From Candidatus Latescibacterota bacterium (lineage in GTDB: Bacteria; Latescibacterota; UBA2968; UBA8231): a stretch of DNA of 64,000 nt. The notes beneath the pieces are model-generated. The model was given only the letters and a program-made list of their open reading frames with translations, did no database searches and had not been told where the DNA came from. This document shows, piece by piece, positions 22,051 through 31,509 of this stretch. The stretch lies in the NCBI GenBank assembly GCA_965248355.1, contig OZ252098.1, forward strand, positions 2,688,001-2,752,000, given 5' to 3'. The stretch's first letter is position 1. The number at the start of each line of letters is the position of its first letter. The position numbers were made by a program, and so were the translations under genes.

Positions 22051-22296
22051 ATGAACACGCAGGAAGTCTTCGACAAGGTCGTCGCCATCCTCAAGCCCTT
22101 CGCCAAGAACGAGGAAGCCCTGTCCGGGGTCTCCATGGAGACCTCGCTGCAGAACGACCTGGAGGTGAACTCCGCGCGGCTCGTCGACATCGTGCTGGAG
22201 ATCGAGGACGCCTTCGGCATCGAGGTCTCCGACGACGACGCCGACAAGGTGGCCACCGTGGGCGACGCGGTGAACCTGATCGTGGCCGCCGGCTGA
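22051..22296 (+). CDS. Acyl carrier protein
   Basis: 81 aa, acidic; DLEVNSARLVDIVLEIEDAFGIE (NS variant of the DSL site). Confidence 0.9.
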   Translation: MNTQEVFDKVVAILKPFAKNEEALSGVSMETSLQNDLEVNSARLVDIVLEIEDAFGIEVSDDDADKVATVGDAVNLIVAAG

Positions 22297-22317
22297 GCCC
22301 GGCCGGGGCCGCCCCGC

Positions 22318-23151
22318 GTGCGGATACCCGCCGACGAGCGGGCCAGCCTGAGCCGCGTCGAGCGCTTCGCCCTGGCCTTCGCCGGGTGGATGAACGAGAC
22401 GCCGGCGGTTCAACGTCCCTTCTACTGGCTGAACCTGCGCCTGCAGCGGCGCGTCCTGCTGCTGGGCACGAGCCGCCGGACGCACCTGATAGGGCTCGAG
22501 CGGATCGCCTCGCTGCAGCCCGACCGCGGCGTGCTGATGGCGGCCAACCACCGCACCTTCCTCGATCAGTTCGCAATCCTCGCCCACCTGGTGGAGCACG
22601 TCGGCTTCTGTCGGCGCTGGTTCTTCCCCGTCCGCTCCAACTTCTTCTACGACAACCCCCTCGGCGTCCTCGTCAATCTCCTGGCGAGCTCCTGCAGCAT
22701 GTATCCGCCGATCTTCCGGCCGCGGGCCAAGCGCGGCGTCACCCGCGCCTGCCTCACCTTCCTCATCGAGCAGCTGCGGTCGCCGGACACCCTCGCCGGC
22801 ATCCACCCCGAGGGCACGCGCGGCAAGGGCCCCGATCCCTACGAGCTGCTGCCCGCGGAGCCCGGCTTCGGACGTGTCCTGCTGCAATCCCGCGCCATCG
22901 TCCTCCCCGTGTTCATCAACGGGATCAGCGACAATCTGGTCCGCGAGGCGGTGCACAACTTCACCGGCAGCGGCCCACCGGTCATCATCGCCTTCGGCGC
23001 CCCCGTCGACCTGTCCGCCTTCGACGGGGAGGACCCGCGCCTGCTGCGCAACCAGATCAAGGCGGGTCGCCGGGTGCTGGAGGAGGTGGCCCGGCTGGGG
23101 GAGGAGGAGCGCCGGCTGCGTCAGCGGCTGGAGGCCGCCCGCGCCTCCTGA
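22318..23151 (+). CDS. PlsC-family lysophospholipid acyltransferase
   Basis: ANHRTFLD (HX4D), HPEGTR. Confidence 0.85.
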   Translation: MRIPADERASLSRVERFALAFAGWMNETPAVQRPFYWLNLRLQRRVLLLGTSRRTHLIGLERIASLQPDRGVLMAANHRTFLDQFAILAHLVEHVGFCRRWFFPVRSNFFYDNPLGVLVNLLASSCSMYPPIFRPRAKRGVTRACLTFLIEQLRSPDTLAGIHPEGTRGKGPDPYELLPAEPGFGRVLLQSRAIVLPVFINGISDNLVREAVHNFTGSGPPVIIAFGAPVDLSAFDGEDPRLLRNQIKAGRRVLEEVARLGEEERRLRQRLEAARAS

Positions 23152-23747
23152 GGCAGGGCGGCGAAAGCCGCGAAGGGGCCGTCGTGGGACAGGCTGATGT
23201 CGATGCCGGAAGGCCGCCCGTCGAGCAGCAGCCGGGGCGGCGCCAGCCCGTCGCGGGCGCCCGGCTCGCGGGGCCGCTCGATGGCCAGGCGATGTTCCGG
23301 CAGGCCCAGGTGGCCGGCCACGCGGCGGCAGGTCAGGTCCCGCACGGCGTCGCTCTGATGCCGGCCGCGGGGTATTCGCTCGACACCGGCCTCCGCCCGC
23401 CCGGGGTCGCCGTCTCCGCAGATCACCACCGCGTGGACCCACAGCGGATCCCGCGTCAGCCGCAGCCCCATCTCCAGGTCCCGGTAGCGCACCCGGCGCA
23501 TCTGCGCGTCCACCTCGAAGAGCCGCGGTGAGAAGACGAGGCCCGGCCGCCGTTTGAGGGCCGCCTTGTAGGCGGCCTCCTTGGCGGCGAACAGCGACCA
23601 CAGCAGGATCAGGGGCCCGTCGCTTCGAGCCACTCGGGAGCGCTCGGCGGCGGCGCAGACGCGCTCGACGAAACGGCTCCGGAGGTGGTGCCCGGAGATC
23701 TCCGGGTCGGCCAGGTAGACCAGGTCGTTGCCGACGGCGTTCACCAT
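23121..23747 (-). CDS. 4'-phosphopantetheinyl transferase
   Basis: VGNDLV, WSLFAAKEAAYKA, ISLSHDG; convergent with the FAS cluster. Confidence 0.85.
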   Translation of the reverse strand: MVNAVGNDLVYLADPEISGHHLRSRFVERVCAAAERSRVARSDGPLILLWSLFAAKEAAYKAALKRRPGLVFSPRLFEVDAQMRRVRYRDLEMGLRLTRDPLWVHAVVICGDGDPGRAEAGVERIPRGRHQSDAVRDLTCRRVAGHLGLPEHRLAIERPREPGARDGLAPPRLLLDGRPSGIDISLSHDGPFAAFAALPQEARAASSR

Positions 23748-23906
23748 CGAGGTCCGGTTTTCCGAGGGAGGGATCGAGCCCGACGGACCCCGTACTTTGG
23801 CGACCGCCCCCACCCCGGCGCAAACCATTCCGAGCCGGGACCCGGCCACCGCGGCGGCCGGCGCCGTCGGTTGACGGCTCCCGGGCCGGCGCCTTGGTTC
23901 CACCGG

Positions 23907-24851
23907 ATGCCCGCCCTGTCCGCCCTGTCCCTCCTCTCTCTCGCAGTGGCCGTCTCCCTGCTCGCCGCCCTGACGGGCTGCGGGCAACCGGAGGTCGAGT
24001 CCTGGCACCACCCGGTCCGCGCCGGCGAAAAGGCCCTCCACTCCAAGAGCTACGACAAGGCCGCGGCGCACTACCGGTCGGCCCTGGCCGAGGCCGCCGC
24101 TTCCGGGTCCGTTGAGGGCCGCATGGTGGCCCTCAACGGGTTGGCCATGAGCCGCGCCATGGGCGGCCACCTGGCGGAGGCGGAGAGTCTCTACGTCCAG
24201 GTCCTGACCCTGCAACGCCGGCGGATGGAGGCCGACAGTCTGTCGGGGGTGACCCTGGCGCGCACCCTCGGATCCCTCGCCGAGATCAGCCTGCGTCTCG
24301 GCCGCGTCGGCCGGGCCGACACGTTGCTGTCCGAGGTCCTGGGGCTGGGAGAGGCGGGTCTCGTCGATCTGCTCCCCGAGGACCGGATGGTCTCCTACAC
24401 TCTGAACGGTCTCAGCAAGGTCCTGCGGTTCCGCGGCGACACGGCGCGGGCCGACTCCTTGGCCGAGCGGGCCCTGGCGCTTCAGCTCTACGCCCTCGGC
24501 TTCGAGCACCTCATCGGCGAAGACCTGGGGAAGGCGGAGAAGCTCTACCTCGAGTCCCGTGGCCGCTTCGAGGAGATGTACGGCCCCGACCATGGGGACG
24601 TCGCCCGCGTCCACCATGCCCTCGGCCGGCTGTACGAATACCAGGGCCGGCGGTCCGAGGCCGTCACTCAGTACCAGCGCGCCGTGGCCGCCTACGAGGG
24701 GGCCGGCGCCGCTTCGCCCGATCTGGCCTGGGCCCTGGAGGATCTGGCCAGGACCCTGGATGCCGGCCAGGCCGACGAAGCCGCCCGGTTGAGTCGGCGA
24801 GCCGCCGATCTGCTCCAGGGCCGCCCGACCTCTCCGTCCCGCCTGCAGTAG
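23907..24851 (+). CDS. TPR-repeat lipoprotein
   Basis: Lipobox ALTGC; TPR-like helices (HHALGRLYEYQGRRSEAVTQYQRA). Confidence 0.7.
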   Translation: MPALSALSLLSLAVAVSLLAALTGCGQPEVESWHHPVRAGEKALHSKSYDKAAAHYRSALAEAAASGSVEGRMVALNGLAMSRAMGGHLAEAESLYVQVLTLQRRRMEADSLSGVTLARTLGSLAEISLRLGRVGRADTLLSEVLGLGEAGLVDLLPEDRMVSYTLNGLSKVLRFRGDTARADSLAERALALQLYALGFEHLIGEDLGKAEKLYLESRGRFEEMYGPDHGDVARVHHALGRLYEYQGRRSEAVTQYQRAVAAYEGAGAASPDLAWALEDLARTLDAGQADEAARLSRRAADLLQGRPTSPSRLQ

Positions 24852-24884
24852 CCCCCGCGCAGACGGCCGACCCCGGCTCCCGCC

Positions 24885-25658
24885 TCAGCGCAGCCGGCGC
24901 CGCCGGACCATGCGCATCACCCACCAGGCTCCGAGGGCGCCGAGCAGGTGCTTGCAGGTGTGGCCGCTGATCCATCCCCCCGCCGAGTACACGGCCTGGT
25001 CGAATACCTCCGCGGCCTTGGCGAGCAGATAGAACAGGGCGGCCACGTAGAGATCGGAGCCGCGCGTGTACGGCGACGGCAACAGCCGCACCATGAGCGG
25101 CACGAACAGGACGGGGTAGGCCTGGGCGAGGATGTAGTAGCGGAGGTCTCCGGCTCCCGCGCGCTCGGTGAAGTGCCAGTACAACACGCTGAACAGGCCG
25201 AAGGCGATGAGCGGCGGCAGGGCGAGGAGACCGGCGCGCCGGTCCACGCGCTCGGCCAGGGCCGCGGCGAGAAAGGCCATGAAGGCCACGCTCATGGGCA
25301 GGCGGTCCCACAGAAGCGTCTCGTTTCCCGGGGACAGGTGGTACCAGGAGGAGCCGAGGCCGACCAGCGCCACCGAGAGAAAGAGGACCTGGTAGGCCAG
25401 GGCATCGGCCGGGCGCACAAAGGCCTGCGGCCCCCGGGCCGCGGCGAGGGAGAAGAGGAGACGGCATCCCCACAGGCCCACGGCGAGGAAGGGCAGGTTG
25501 GAGAGGACGTTCAGAGAATGGGGGATGCCGAGCAGGGTGCGCTGATCGGCGAACCGGTGATAGGCGGGGTTCTGGGGGATCGGCGCCTGCAGGAAGACGG
25601 CGGCCCAGAAGGCGAGGGTCAGGCAGGCGAGCAGCCGGAGGCTGTGGTCGCGGTTCAT
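24885..25658 (-). CDS. Ceramidase-like (CREST superfamily) membrane protein
   Basis: YHRFADQR, NVLSNLPF, GSSWYH, WDRLPM, SGHTCKHL. Confidence 0.8.
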   Translation of the reverse strand: MNRDHSLRLLACLTLAFWAAVFLQAPIPQNPAYHRFADQRTLLGIPHSLNVLSNLPFLAVGLWGCRLLFSLAAARGPQAFVRPADALAYQVLFLSVALVGLGSSWYHLSPGNETLLWDRLPMSVAFMAFLAAALAERVDRRAGLLALPPLIAFGLFSVLYWHFTERAGAGDLRYYILAQAYPVLFVPLMVRLLPSPYTRGSDLYVAALFYLLAKAAEVFDQAVYSAGGWISGHTCKHLLGALGAWWVMRMVRRRRLR

Positions 25659-25668
25659 CCGGCCGGCG

Positions 25669-27042
25669 TCAGGGCGCGTTCTCCGGCGCCGCGGCCGGAC
25701 TCGCTGACTGGCGCCGCTCCAACACACGGGCCCACACCGCGGCCGCCATGACGCACATCAAGGGCAGGGCGGGCAGGTGATACCTGGGCATGACCACGGG
25801 CCCGGGCAGGACCAGGTAGTAGGCCGCGAAGGCCAGGAAGAAGAAGCCGAGAAACCACTCCCCCCGCCGCAGCCAGCGGCCGAGCTGCATCAGGCAGCCG
25901 AGATAGGTCACCCCCACGACGGCGAGGGCGGGCAGCAGGGGCAGCAGCAGCCACGTGCGGTCGCCGAAATAGTGCCGCACGGCGGCCAGGACGCCGCGGC
26001 GGTGGAGGATGTCGAGGGTGCCCCGGCCCGCCTGGGTGAGCCCGAGATGCTCGTAGAAGGCGGGGGCGTCCGGCAGCAGGATCGCGGGGTTGAAGTGCAG
26101 GCTGAGATAGGTCCACTTGTGGGCGGCGATCAACTGCCAGGCCTTTTCGAGCTTGTAGCGGGTGCGGGCGTCCTCGTCGGCATAGCGGGCGGGATGCGCG
26201 GCGAACTCGGCCTCGGCCTGGCCTGTCCAGCGTTGACGCAGGGTGACGCGGGGGACCCCGGCGACCACCGACATGAGGGCCGCGCAATTGTGATAGTAGA
26301 GGGTGTTGCCAAGGTTGGTGTCGAGGCGAAAGCCGCCCCCGGCCAGGGAGTTGCGGTACATCCAGGGAGTCAGGACCGCGGCGAAGATCAGCACGCAGCC
26401 CGCGGCTCCGAGCAGGCGCCGGCGCACGGAGAGGCCCTGGAAGACGAGGACCAGGAAGAGGCAGGGCACGATCCACAGCAGCCCCGTGGGGCGGATCAAG
26501 GTGCCGGCGGCGTCGAGCAGGATCGCCAGCCAGAGATCGGCCAGCCGCCCATGGAAGTAGAAGCGGGCGAAGAAGTAGAGCATCCACGCCGTGACCAGGG
26601 CGAAGAGGGTGTCGGAGAGATAGAACGGGGCATGGGCGATGCTGGTGAGGTTGAGGGCCAGCAGCAGGGCCGCGAGGGTCCCGGCCAGGGGCCCGCCGAA
26701 CCAGCAGCCCACGCGGAACACGGGAACGCAGGTGAGCGCCCCGAGCCCGCAGAAGAGGACCACGGGCAGTTGCAGGCCCTTGCCCAGCAGGCCGAAGACG
26801 AGGGCCAGGAAGGCCGGGTACCCGGGACCGCGCAAGGTGTAGGGCTCGGTCTCGCCCGGGGCCCCCACGTAGCGGCCCTCTTCGAGCAGGGCCAGCGCCG
26901 GCTGGAGGTAGGACGGGGTGTCCGGCCGGAAGAAAGCGGTCTCCGGCGCCGGCAGGCCGGGCATGGCCACGGCGACGCGCAGGACCGCGGCCAGCAGCAC
27001 CACCAGCCAGAGGCTGCGGCCCGGGGTGCGGGGTCCGGTCAG
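25669..27042 (-). CDS. GT-C fold (ArnT/PMT, GT39-like) membrane glycosyltransferase
   Basis: Many TM segments; PDTPSY, RGPGYP, LSDTLF, IRP, WMYRN, PRYHLP; start uncertain. Confidence 0.7.
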   Translation of the reverse strand: MTGPRTPGRSLWLVVLLAAVLRVAVAMPGLPAPETAFFRPDTPSYLQPALALLEEGRYVGAPGETEPYTLRGPGYPAFLALVFGLLGKGLQLPVVLFCGLGALTCVPVFRVGCWFGGPLAGTLAALLLALNLTSIAHAPFYLSDTLFALVTAWMLYFFARFYFHGRLADLWLAILLDAAGTLIRPTGLLWIVPCLFLVLVFQGLSVRRRLLGAAGCVLIFAAVLTPWMYRNSLAGGGFRLDTNLGNTLYYHNCAALMSVVAGVPRVTLRQRWTGQAEAEFAAHPARYADEDARTRYKLEKAWQLIAAHKWTYLSLHFNPAILLPDAPAFYEHLGLTQAGRGTLDILHRRGVLAAVRHYFGDRTWLLLPLLPALAVVGVTYLGCLMQLGRWLRRGEWFLGFFFLAFAAYYLVLPGPVVMPRYHLPALPLMCVMAAAVWARVLERRQSASPAAAPENAP

Positions 27043-27989
27043 GGCCGGGGGCCTTCGATCCGGTCGATGAGGTGGACGGTGTGGATCACGTCGCGCAGGT
27101 CGGTCAGGGGCACCAGGCCCTTCTCGATGCAGTCGAGGAAGTGCTCGTGCATGGTGAGGGTGCCCTCGTAGAGCTGCACGTCCTCCTCGTCGACGCCGTC
27201 CACCTCCCAGCCGCCCATCACCGTGGTCCCGCCGTCCTCGAGGATCTCGATCTCCCGGGGGATCTTCATGTAGCACCCGACCCCCACGCCATGCAGCTCG
27301 GAGCGCAGGACCCGTCCGCCCGAAGCGCGGTTGCCGAAGACGACGCCGGTGGCGCCGTTGTCGAAGCGGATCATGGAGGTGTAGCAGTTGCGGCTCTCGC
27401 CGCCGAAGCGGTCGCGGTAGGCCGTGACCTCCACCGGCTCGCCGCCGGCCATGTACCGCAGCAGATCGACGACGTGGATCACGTCGTCCCACAAGGTGGT
27501 GCTGAACTCCCTGCCGTCGCCGCCGAGGACCCGCTTGTTGAAGGTGACGCTGGCCACCGAGACCGGTCCCTTGGCGGCCACCCGGCGCATGGCCTCGCGG
27601 GTGACGGCGGCGTAGCGGCGCTGGAGGCCGACCATGCAGTACACGCCGTTGGCCACGGCGGCGTCCAGCATCTGCCGTGTCTCGCCGCTGTCGGCGCCGG
27701 GCGGCTTCTCGATGAAGAGGTGCTTGCCGGCATTGAGGCAGTCGAGGGCCGGGCGCAGCACCCACCGCTCGTGCATGACGCAGTAGACCACGTCGAGATC
27801 GACGGCGGCCAGCATTTCCCGGTGGTCGGTGAAGGTCCGGTCGAATCCGTACTCGTCGACGACGAGCTGCATGCGCTCCGCGTCGAGCTCGCAGACGGCG
27901 GCGACCTCCACGCCGCCGAGGCGGGCAAGGGCGGGATAGTGGGCGCTGCGGGCGCGTCCGCCGGCGCCGATGAAGCCTGCTCTCAGCAT
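27039..27989 (-). CDS. Gfo/Idh/MocA-family oxidoreductase
   Basis: GFIGAG, GKHLFIEKP, DDVIHVVD. Confidence 0.9.
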   Translation of the reverse strand: MLRAGFIGAGGRARSAHYPALARLGGVEVAAVCELDAERMQLVVDEYGFDRTFTDHREMLAAVDLDVVYCVMHERWVLRPALDCLNAGKHLFIEKPPGADSGETRQMLDAAVANGVYCMVGLQRRYAAVTREAMRRVAAKGPVSVASVTFNKRVLGGDGREFSTTLWDDVIHVVDLLRYMAGGEPVEVTAYRDRFGGESRNCYTSMIRFDNGATGVVFGNRASGGRVLRSELHGVGVGCYMKIPREIEILEDGGTTVMGGWEVDGVDEEDVQLYEGTLTMHEHFLDCIEKGLVPLTDLRDVIHTVHLIDRIEGPRP

Positions 27990-28062
27990 GGGAAGCGGTA
28001 ATTACTGCCGCCGTGACCCATGCCGCAACCGCCGCAGAACACGGCCGGGGGGAGGCCCGGTA

Positions 28063-28090
28063 TTGACCCTGCCGGCAGCAGTCCTATTAT
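28063..28090 (+). promoter_or_regulatory. Putative sigma70-type promoter
   Basis: TTGACC-N16-TATTAT in a divergent intergenic region. Confidence 0.5.
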
Positions 28091-28172
28091 ATCGGGCTTG
28101 GTATTTCGGGACCGGTCGGGGCCGACGGACCCCGACCGGGAGCCATCCGCCCCCACGAGAAAGAGAGGTCCG

Positions 28173-28889
28173 GTGTCCCTCAAGGAAGGTCTGCAGCTGC
28201 TGCTCAAGGTCCAGGACGTCGACCACGAGCTCAAGGCCCTCGAAGAGGCCAAGAGCAAGTACCCGGCCGAGATCAGCCAGCGGCGCGGGGAGATCGACCG
28301 GGCCGAGCAGGACCTCAGCGAGCTCACCGGACGCCTGGAGGAGCAGCAGCGGCGGCAGCGGCACTTCGAGCGCGAGCTCGAGGAGGCCCGGGACCAGTTG
28401 AAGAAGCTCGAGGCACGGTTCTCCGAGGTCCGGACCAACAAGGAGTACGACGCCCTCCAACTGGAGGTCGAGGCCTGCAAATCAAGGATGTCGGAGTGCG
28501 AGGGCCAGGTCCTCGAGCTCATCGAATCGAGCGAGAGCATTCGCGAGCAGGTCGATCTCGAGCAGCAGGATGTCGAGGCGGTCCGGGAGGAACAGCAGTC
28601 CCGCATCGACGAGTTGCAGACCCGGCTCGACTCCCTCCAGGGGGAGGTGGACGCCGTGCAGCGGCGACGGGAGGCGGAGGTGGAGGGCATCGACAAGAGG
28701 CTGCTGCGGACCTACGAGGTCGCCCGGGGCAGCCGCGGGCTGACGGTGGCCGCCGTTCGCAAGGGCGCCTGCGGCGCCTGCTTCCGCCAGTTGCCGGCGC
28801 AGATGAAGAGCCATGTCCGCCGCCACGAGCAGGTCGTGCACTGCGAGAGTTGCGGCGCCCTGCTGGCCTGGGACGACGAGTCCTCCTGA
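28173..28889 (+). CDS. Coiled-coil protein with C4-type zinc ribbon (DUF164 / CT398-like)
   Basis: Long coiled coil, TNKEYDAL, CGAC...CESCG. Confidence 0.88.
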   Translation: MSLKEGLQLLLKVQDVDHELKALEEAKSKYPAEISQRRGEIDRAEQDLSELTGRLEEQQRRQRHFERELEEARDQLKKLEARFSEVRTNKEYDALQLEVEACKSRMSECEGQVLELIESSESIREQVDLEQQDVEAVREEQQSRIDELQTRLDSLQGEVDAVQRRREAEVEGIDKRLLRTYEVARGSRGLTVAAVRKGACGACFRQLPAQMKSHVRRHEQVVHCESCGALLAWDDESS

Positions 28890-28909
28890 GGCGGCTCATG
28901 GCGTGGAAC

Positions 28910-29291
28910 GGCCGGAGTGGTTCGGGTGAACGCGGGGCCGGCTTGGCCGGCCTCGAGGAAAGTCCGAGCTCCGCAGGGCAGGATGCTGGGTAACGCCCAG
29001 GGGGGGCGACCCCACAGAAAGTGCCACAGAAAACAAACCGCCCGGCCGCTGGCCGGGTAAGGGTGAAAAGGTGAGGTAAGAGCTCACCGCGTCGCCGGCG
29101 ACGGGGACGGCACGGCAAACCTCATCCGGAGCAAGGCCAAATAGGGGAGGAGAGGTGGCCCGCCTCGCAACGACTCCCGGGTAGGCCGCACGAGGCGGCG
29201 GGCAACCGCCGTCCCAGATGAATGCTCACCCGGTGCGCCGGCGCACCCCGCCGGCCGCCGACAGAACTCGGCTTACAGAACTACTCCGGCC
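28910..29291 (+). ncRNA. rnpB: RNase P RNA (type A)
   Basis: GAGGAAAGTCC, AAAGTGCCACAGAAA, GGTAAGAGC, GAGCAAGGCCAAATAGG, ACAGAACTCGGCTTA; terminal P1 helix ggccggagtggttc/gaactactccggcc. Confidence 0.97.
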
Positions 29292-29296
29292 CTCAC

Positions 29297-30337
29297 GTGC
29301 AGATCGCCATCCTTCCTTTCGTCACCCTGCTCCTGTGGAGCGCCGCCGCGGCCCAGGAGACCTCCCGGGCCGTGGTGGAGACCCTCGCCGTCGCGGCTCC
29401 CTCCGGGGGGCGGCTCCAGGGGCGCCTCGACTGGACGGCGGGCACCCTCACGGTGACCGGCGCGGCGGCGCTCCAAGAGGGTGCCAGTCCCCCCCGGCAG
29501 CGCCTCACGGGATTCCGCGCCGCCAGGGCGGCCGCCCTGGCCGGCCTTCGGGAGGCCGTGTCGAGCGTCCGCGTCGACGCCCGCACCACGGTGGGCACGG
29601 CCATGTCGGCCAGCGGTTCGATCCGGGCCCGGGTGGAGGAACTGGCGCTCAACGCGAGGGTGGTGCCCGGCTCCCGCCGCGAGGAGGAGGGCCTCTGCCG
29701 GCTCGATGTGCGCCTTCCCCTGCTCGGCGATCTCGCCCGGGCCGTGCTTCCCCCCGCCTCCGGCAGGTCCGTCTCCCTGCCGCCGACGGAGCTGCCGGAG
29801 CGCGACTCCCTGGTCGTCTTCGTGCCCGGGGGACCGTACACGGGGCTCGTCGTCGACGCCCGGGGCACGGACCTGCGTCCGAGCCTGTCGCCGCGCATCC
29901 TCGACGACCGGGGCCGCGTCATCTACGCCGCCGCTCACGTCGACCGGGGCCTGGCCGCCCGCGACGGCCTGGCCGGCTACGAGCCGGACCTGCGGCGCGC
30001 CGTCCTCAGCGAGCGCGTCCGGGGGGAGCCGGCTCACCCCTTCCTGGTGGCGGTGATGGGCGTCTCCGGCCCCTACCGCGCCGACGCCGTGATCCGCGCC
30101 GACGACGGCACGCGCCTGCAGCTGGCCGACCTGCACGGCGACTTCCTGGCCAGGGGCCGGGTGGTCTTCGTGATCGGCCCGAGGCCGCCGCCGGAGCCGG
30201 CGGTCATGGATACGGCCGGCGTCCCCGACAGCCTGGCGGCTCCGGTCGTGTATCGAGACTTCCTCGACTCCCTGCTCCAGGCGCGGGCCAGGGCCCTGCC
30301 GGACACGGTCCCGGACTCGGGGAGCGTCTCTCCGTGA
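29297..30337 (+). CDS. Secreted hypothetical protein (LPP20-like N-terminal region)
   Basis: Signal peptide; VRVDARTTV, YTGLVVDARG..LRPSLSPRI. Confidence 0.6.
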   Translation: MQIAILPFVTLLLWSAAAAQETSRAVVETLAVAAPSGGRLQGRLDWTAGTLTVTGAAALQEGASPPRQRLTGFRAARAAALAGLREAVSSVRVDARTTVGTAMSASGSIRARVEELALNARVVPGSRREEEGLCRLDVRLPLLGDLARAVLPPASGRSVSLPPTELPERDSLVVFVPGGPYTGLVVDARGTDLRPSLSPRILDDRGRVIYAAAHVDRGLAARDGLAGYEPDLRRAVLSERVRGEPAHPFLVAVMGVSGPYRADAVIRADDGTRLQLADLHGDFLARGRVVFVIGPRPPPEPAVMDTAGVPDSLAAPVVYRDFLDSLLQARARALPDTVPDSGSVSP

Positions 30338-31167
30338 GCACCTTCGCCGACCGCCTGTCGCGGGCCGTCGCCGACCACGACTCGCTCCTGTGCGTCGGGC
30401 TGGATCCGGTCCCCGAGCGCCTGCCCGCCGGCCTGTCCCGCGACCCCTCGGGCGTGCTGGAGTTCAACCGCCGCCTGGTGGAGGCCACGGCGGACCTCGT
30501 CTGCTGCTACAAGCCCAACCTGGCCTTCTACGGCGCTCTCGGCGCCGGCGGCTGGGACGTGCTGGCCGCCACCATCGAGGCCGTGCCGGACGCCGTGCCC
30601 GTGGTGGTCGACGCCAAGTGCGGCGACATCGGCCCCGTGGCCGAACGCTGGGCCCACATGCTTTTCTCCGAGCTCGGCGCCGACGCGGTCACCGTGACCC
30701 CCTACATGGGCTCCGATGCGGTGCGGCCCTTCACCAGCCACGCCGACCGCGGCGTCTTCCTCGTGTGCCTGACCTCCAACCCGGGCGCCGCCGACTTCGA
30801 GAGGCTCGCCGTCGAGGGCGGGGAGAGGCTGTGGGAGCAGGTGGCGCGCCGGGCCCTGGAGTGGAACGCCGAGCACGGCAACTGCGGACTCGTGGTGGGC
30901 GCCACCCGGGCCGAGTCGATGGCCGGGTTGCGAAGGTTGGCCCCGGAGCTTCCCTTTCTGGTGCCCGGCATCGGCGCCCAGGGCGGGGACCTGGCCGGGT
31001 CGGTGGCCGGCGGCCTGCGGAAGGACGGCGCCGGGTTGCTGATCAACGCCTCGCGCAGCGTCATGCACGCCTCGCAGGGGGCCGATTTCGCCGAGGCGGC
31101 GCGCGCCGAGGCTCAGGCGTTGCGGCGCGAGATCAACCGGGTTCGGGGTGTAGCGCAGTCCGGTTAG
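30334..31167 (+). CDS. pyrF: Orotidine-5'-phosphate decarboxylase; stop codon lies inside tRNA-Pro
   Basis: LCVGLDP, YKPNLAFY, DAKCGDIG, LTSNPG, GLVVGAT, LVPGIGAQGG, INASR. Confidence 0.95.
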   Translation: MSTFADRLSRAVADHDSLLCVGLDPVPERLPAGLSRDPSGVLEFNRRLVEATADLVCCYKPNLAFYGALGAGGWDVLAATIEAVPDAVPVVVDAKCGDIGPVAERWAHMLFSELGADAVTVTPYMGSDAVRPFTSHADRGVFLVCLTSNPGAADFERLAVEGGERLWEQVARRALEWNAEHGNCGLVVGATRAESMAGLRRLAPELPFLVPGIGAQGGDLAGSVAGGLRKDGAGLLINASRSVMHASQGADFAEAARAEAQALRREINRVRGVAQSG

Positions 31168-31221
31168 CGCACCTGCTTTGGGAGCAGGGGGTCGTCGGTT
31201 CGAATCCGACCACCCCGACCA
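31144..31221 (+). tRNA. tRNA-Pro(TGG)
   Basis: CGGGGTG...CACCCCG-A-CCA; anticodon arm CCTGC-TTTGGGA-GCAGG. Confidence 0.95.
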
Positions 31222-31288
31222 CTTACCGGTTGGCTCGTTCTTTCGCCGGTCCGTATCTTGGATCCCTGTCCCACAAGACTCGCCGAAG

Positions 31289-31365
31289 GTGCCCATAGCT
31301 CAGCTGGACAGAGCATCTGCCTTCTAAGCAGAATGTCCCAGGTTCGAGTCCTGGTGGGCACGCCA
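31289..31365 (+). tRNA. tRNA-Arg(TCT)
   Basis: GTGCCCA...TGGGCAC-G-CCA; anticodon arm TCTGC-CTTCTAA-GCAGA. Confidence 0.95.
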
Positions 31366-31377
31366 TCCTCGACGTGT

Positions 31378-31455
31378 GGTGGATGTAGCTCAGTTGGTTA
31401 GAGCGCCAGGTTGTGGCCCTGGAGGGCGCGGGTTCAACTCCCGTCATCCACCCCA
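31378..31455 (+). tRNA. tRNA-His(GTG)
   Basis: G-1, GTGGATG...CATCCAC-C-CCA; anticodon arm CCAGG-TTGTGGC-CCTGG. Confidence 0.95.
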
Positions 31456-31509
31456 TTCTCGGCCCTTTGCGAGTCCCTCGCTCAGGGCCGTCTTCTTTTG
31501 ATCCGCCCG

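Noticed and set aside
20554..23823. 1089-aa minus-strand ORF, and similar long ORFs at 35954-38776, 51527-54307 and 58156-60498
   Set aside because: Shadow ORFs typical of high-GC DNA, lying opposite well-supported genes.
29218..29296. ORF starts overlapping RNase P RNA
   Set aside because: More plausible starts are at 29297 and 30334; upstream extensions are ORF-caller artefacts.
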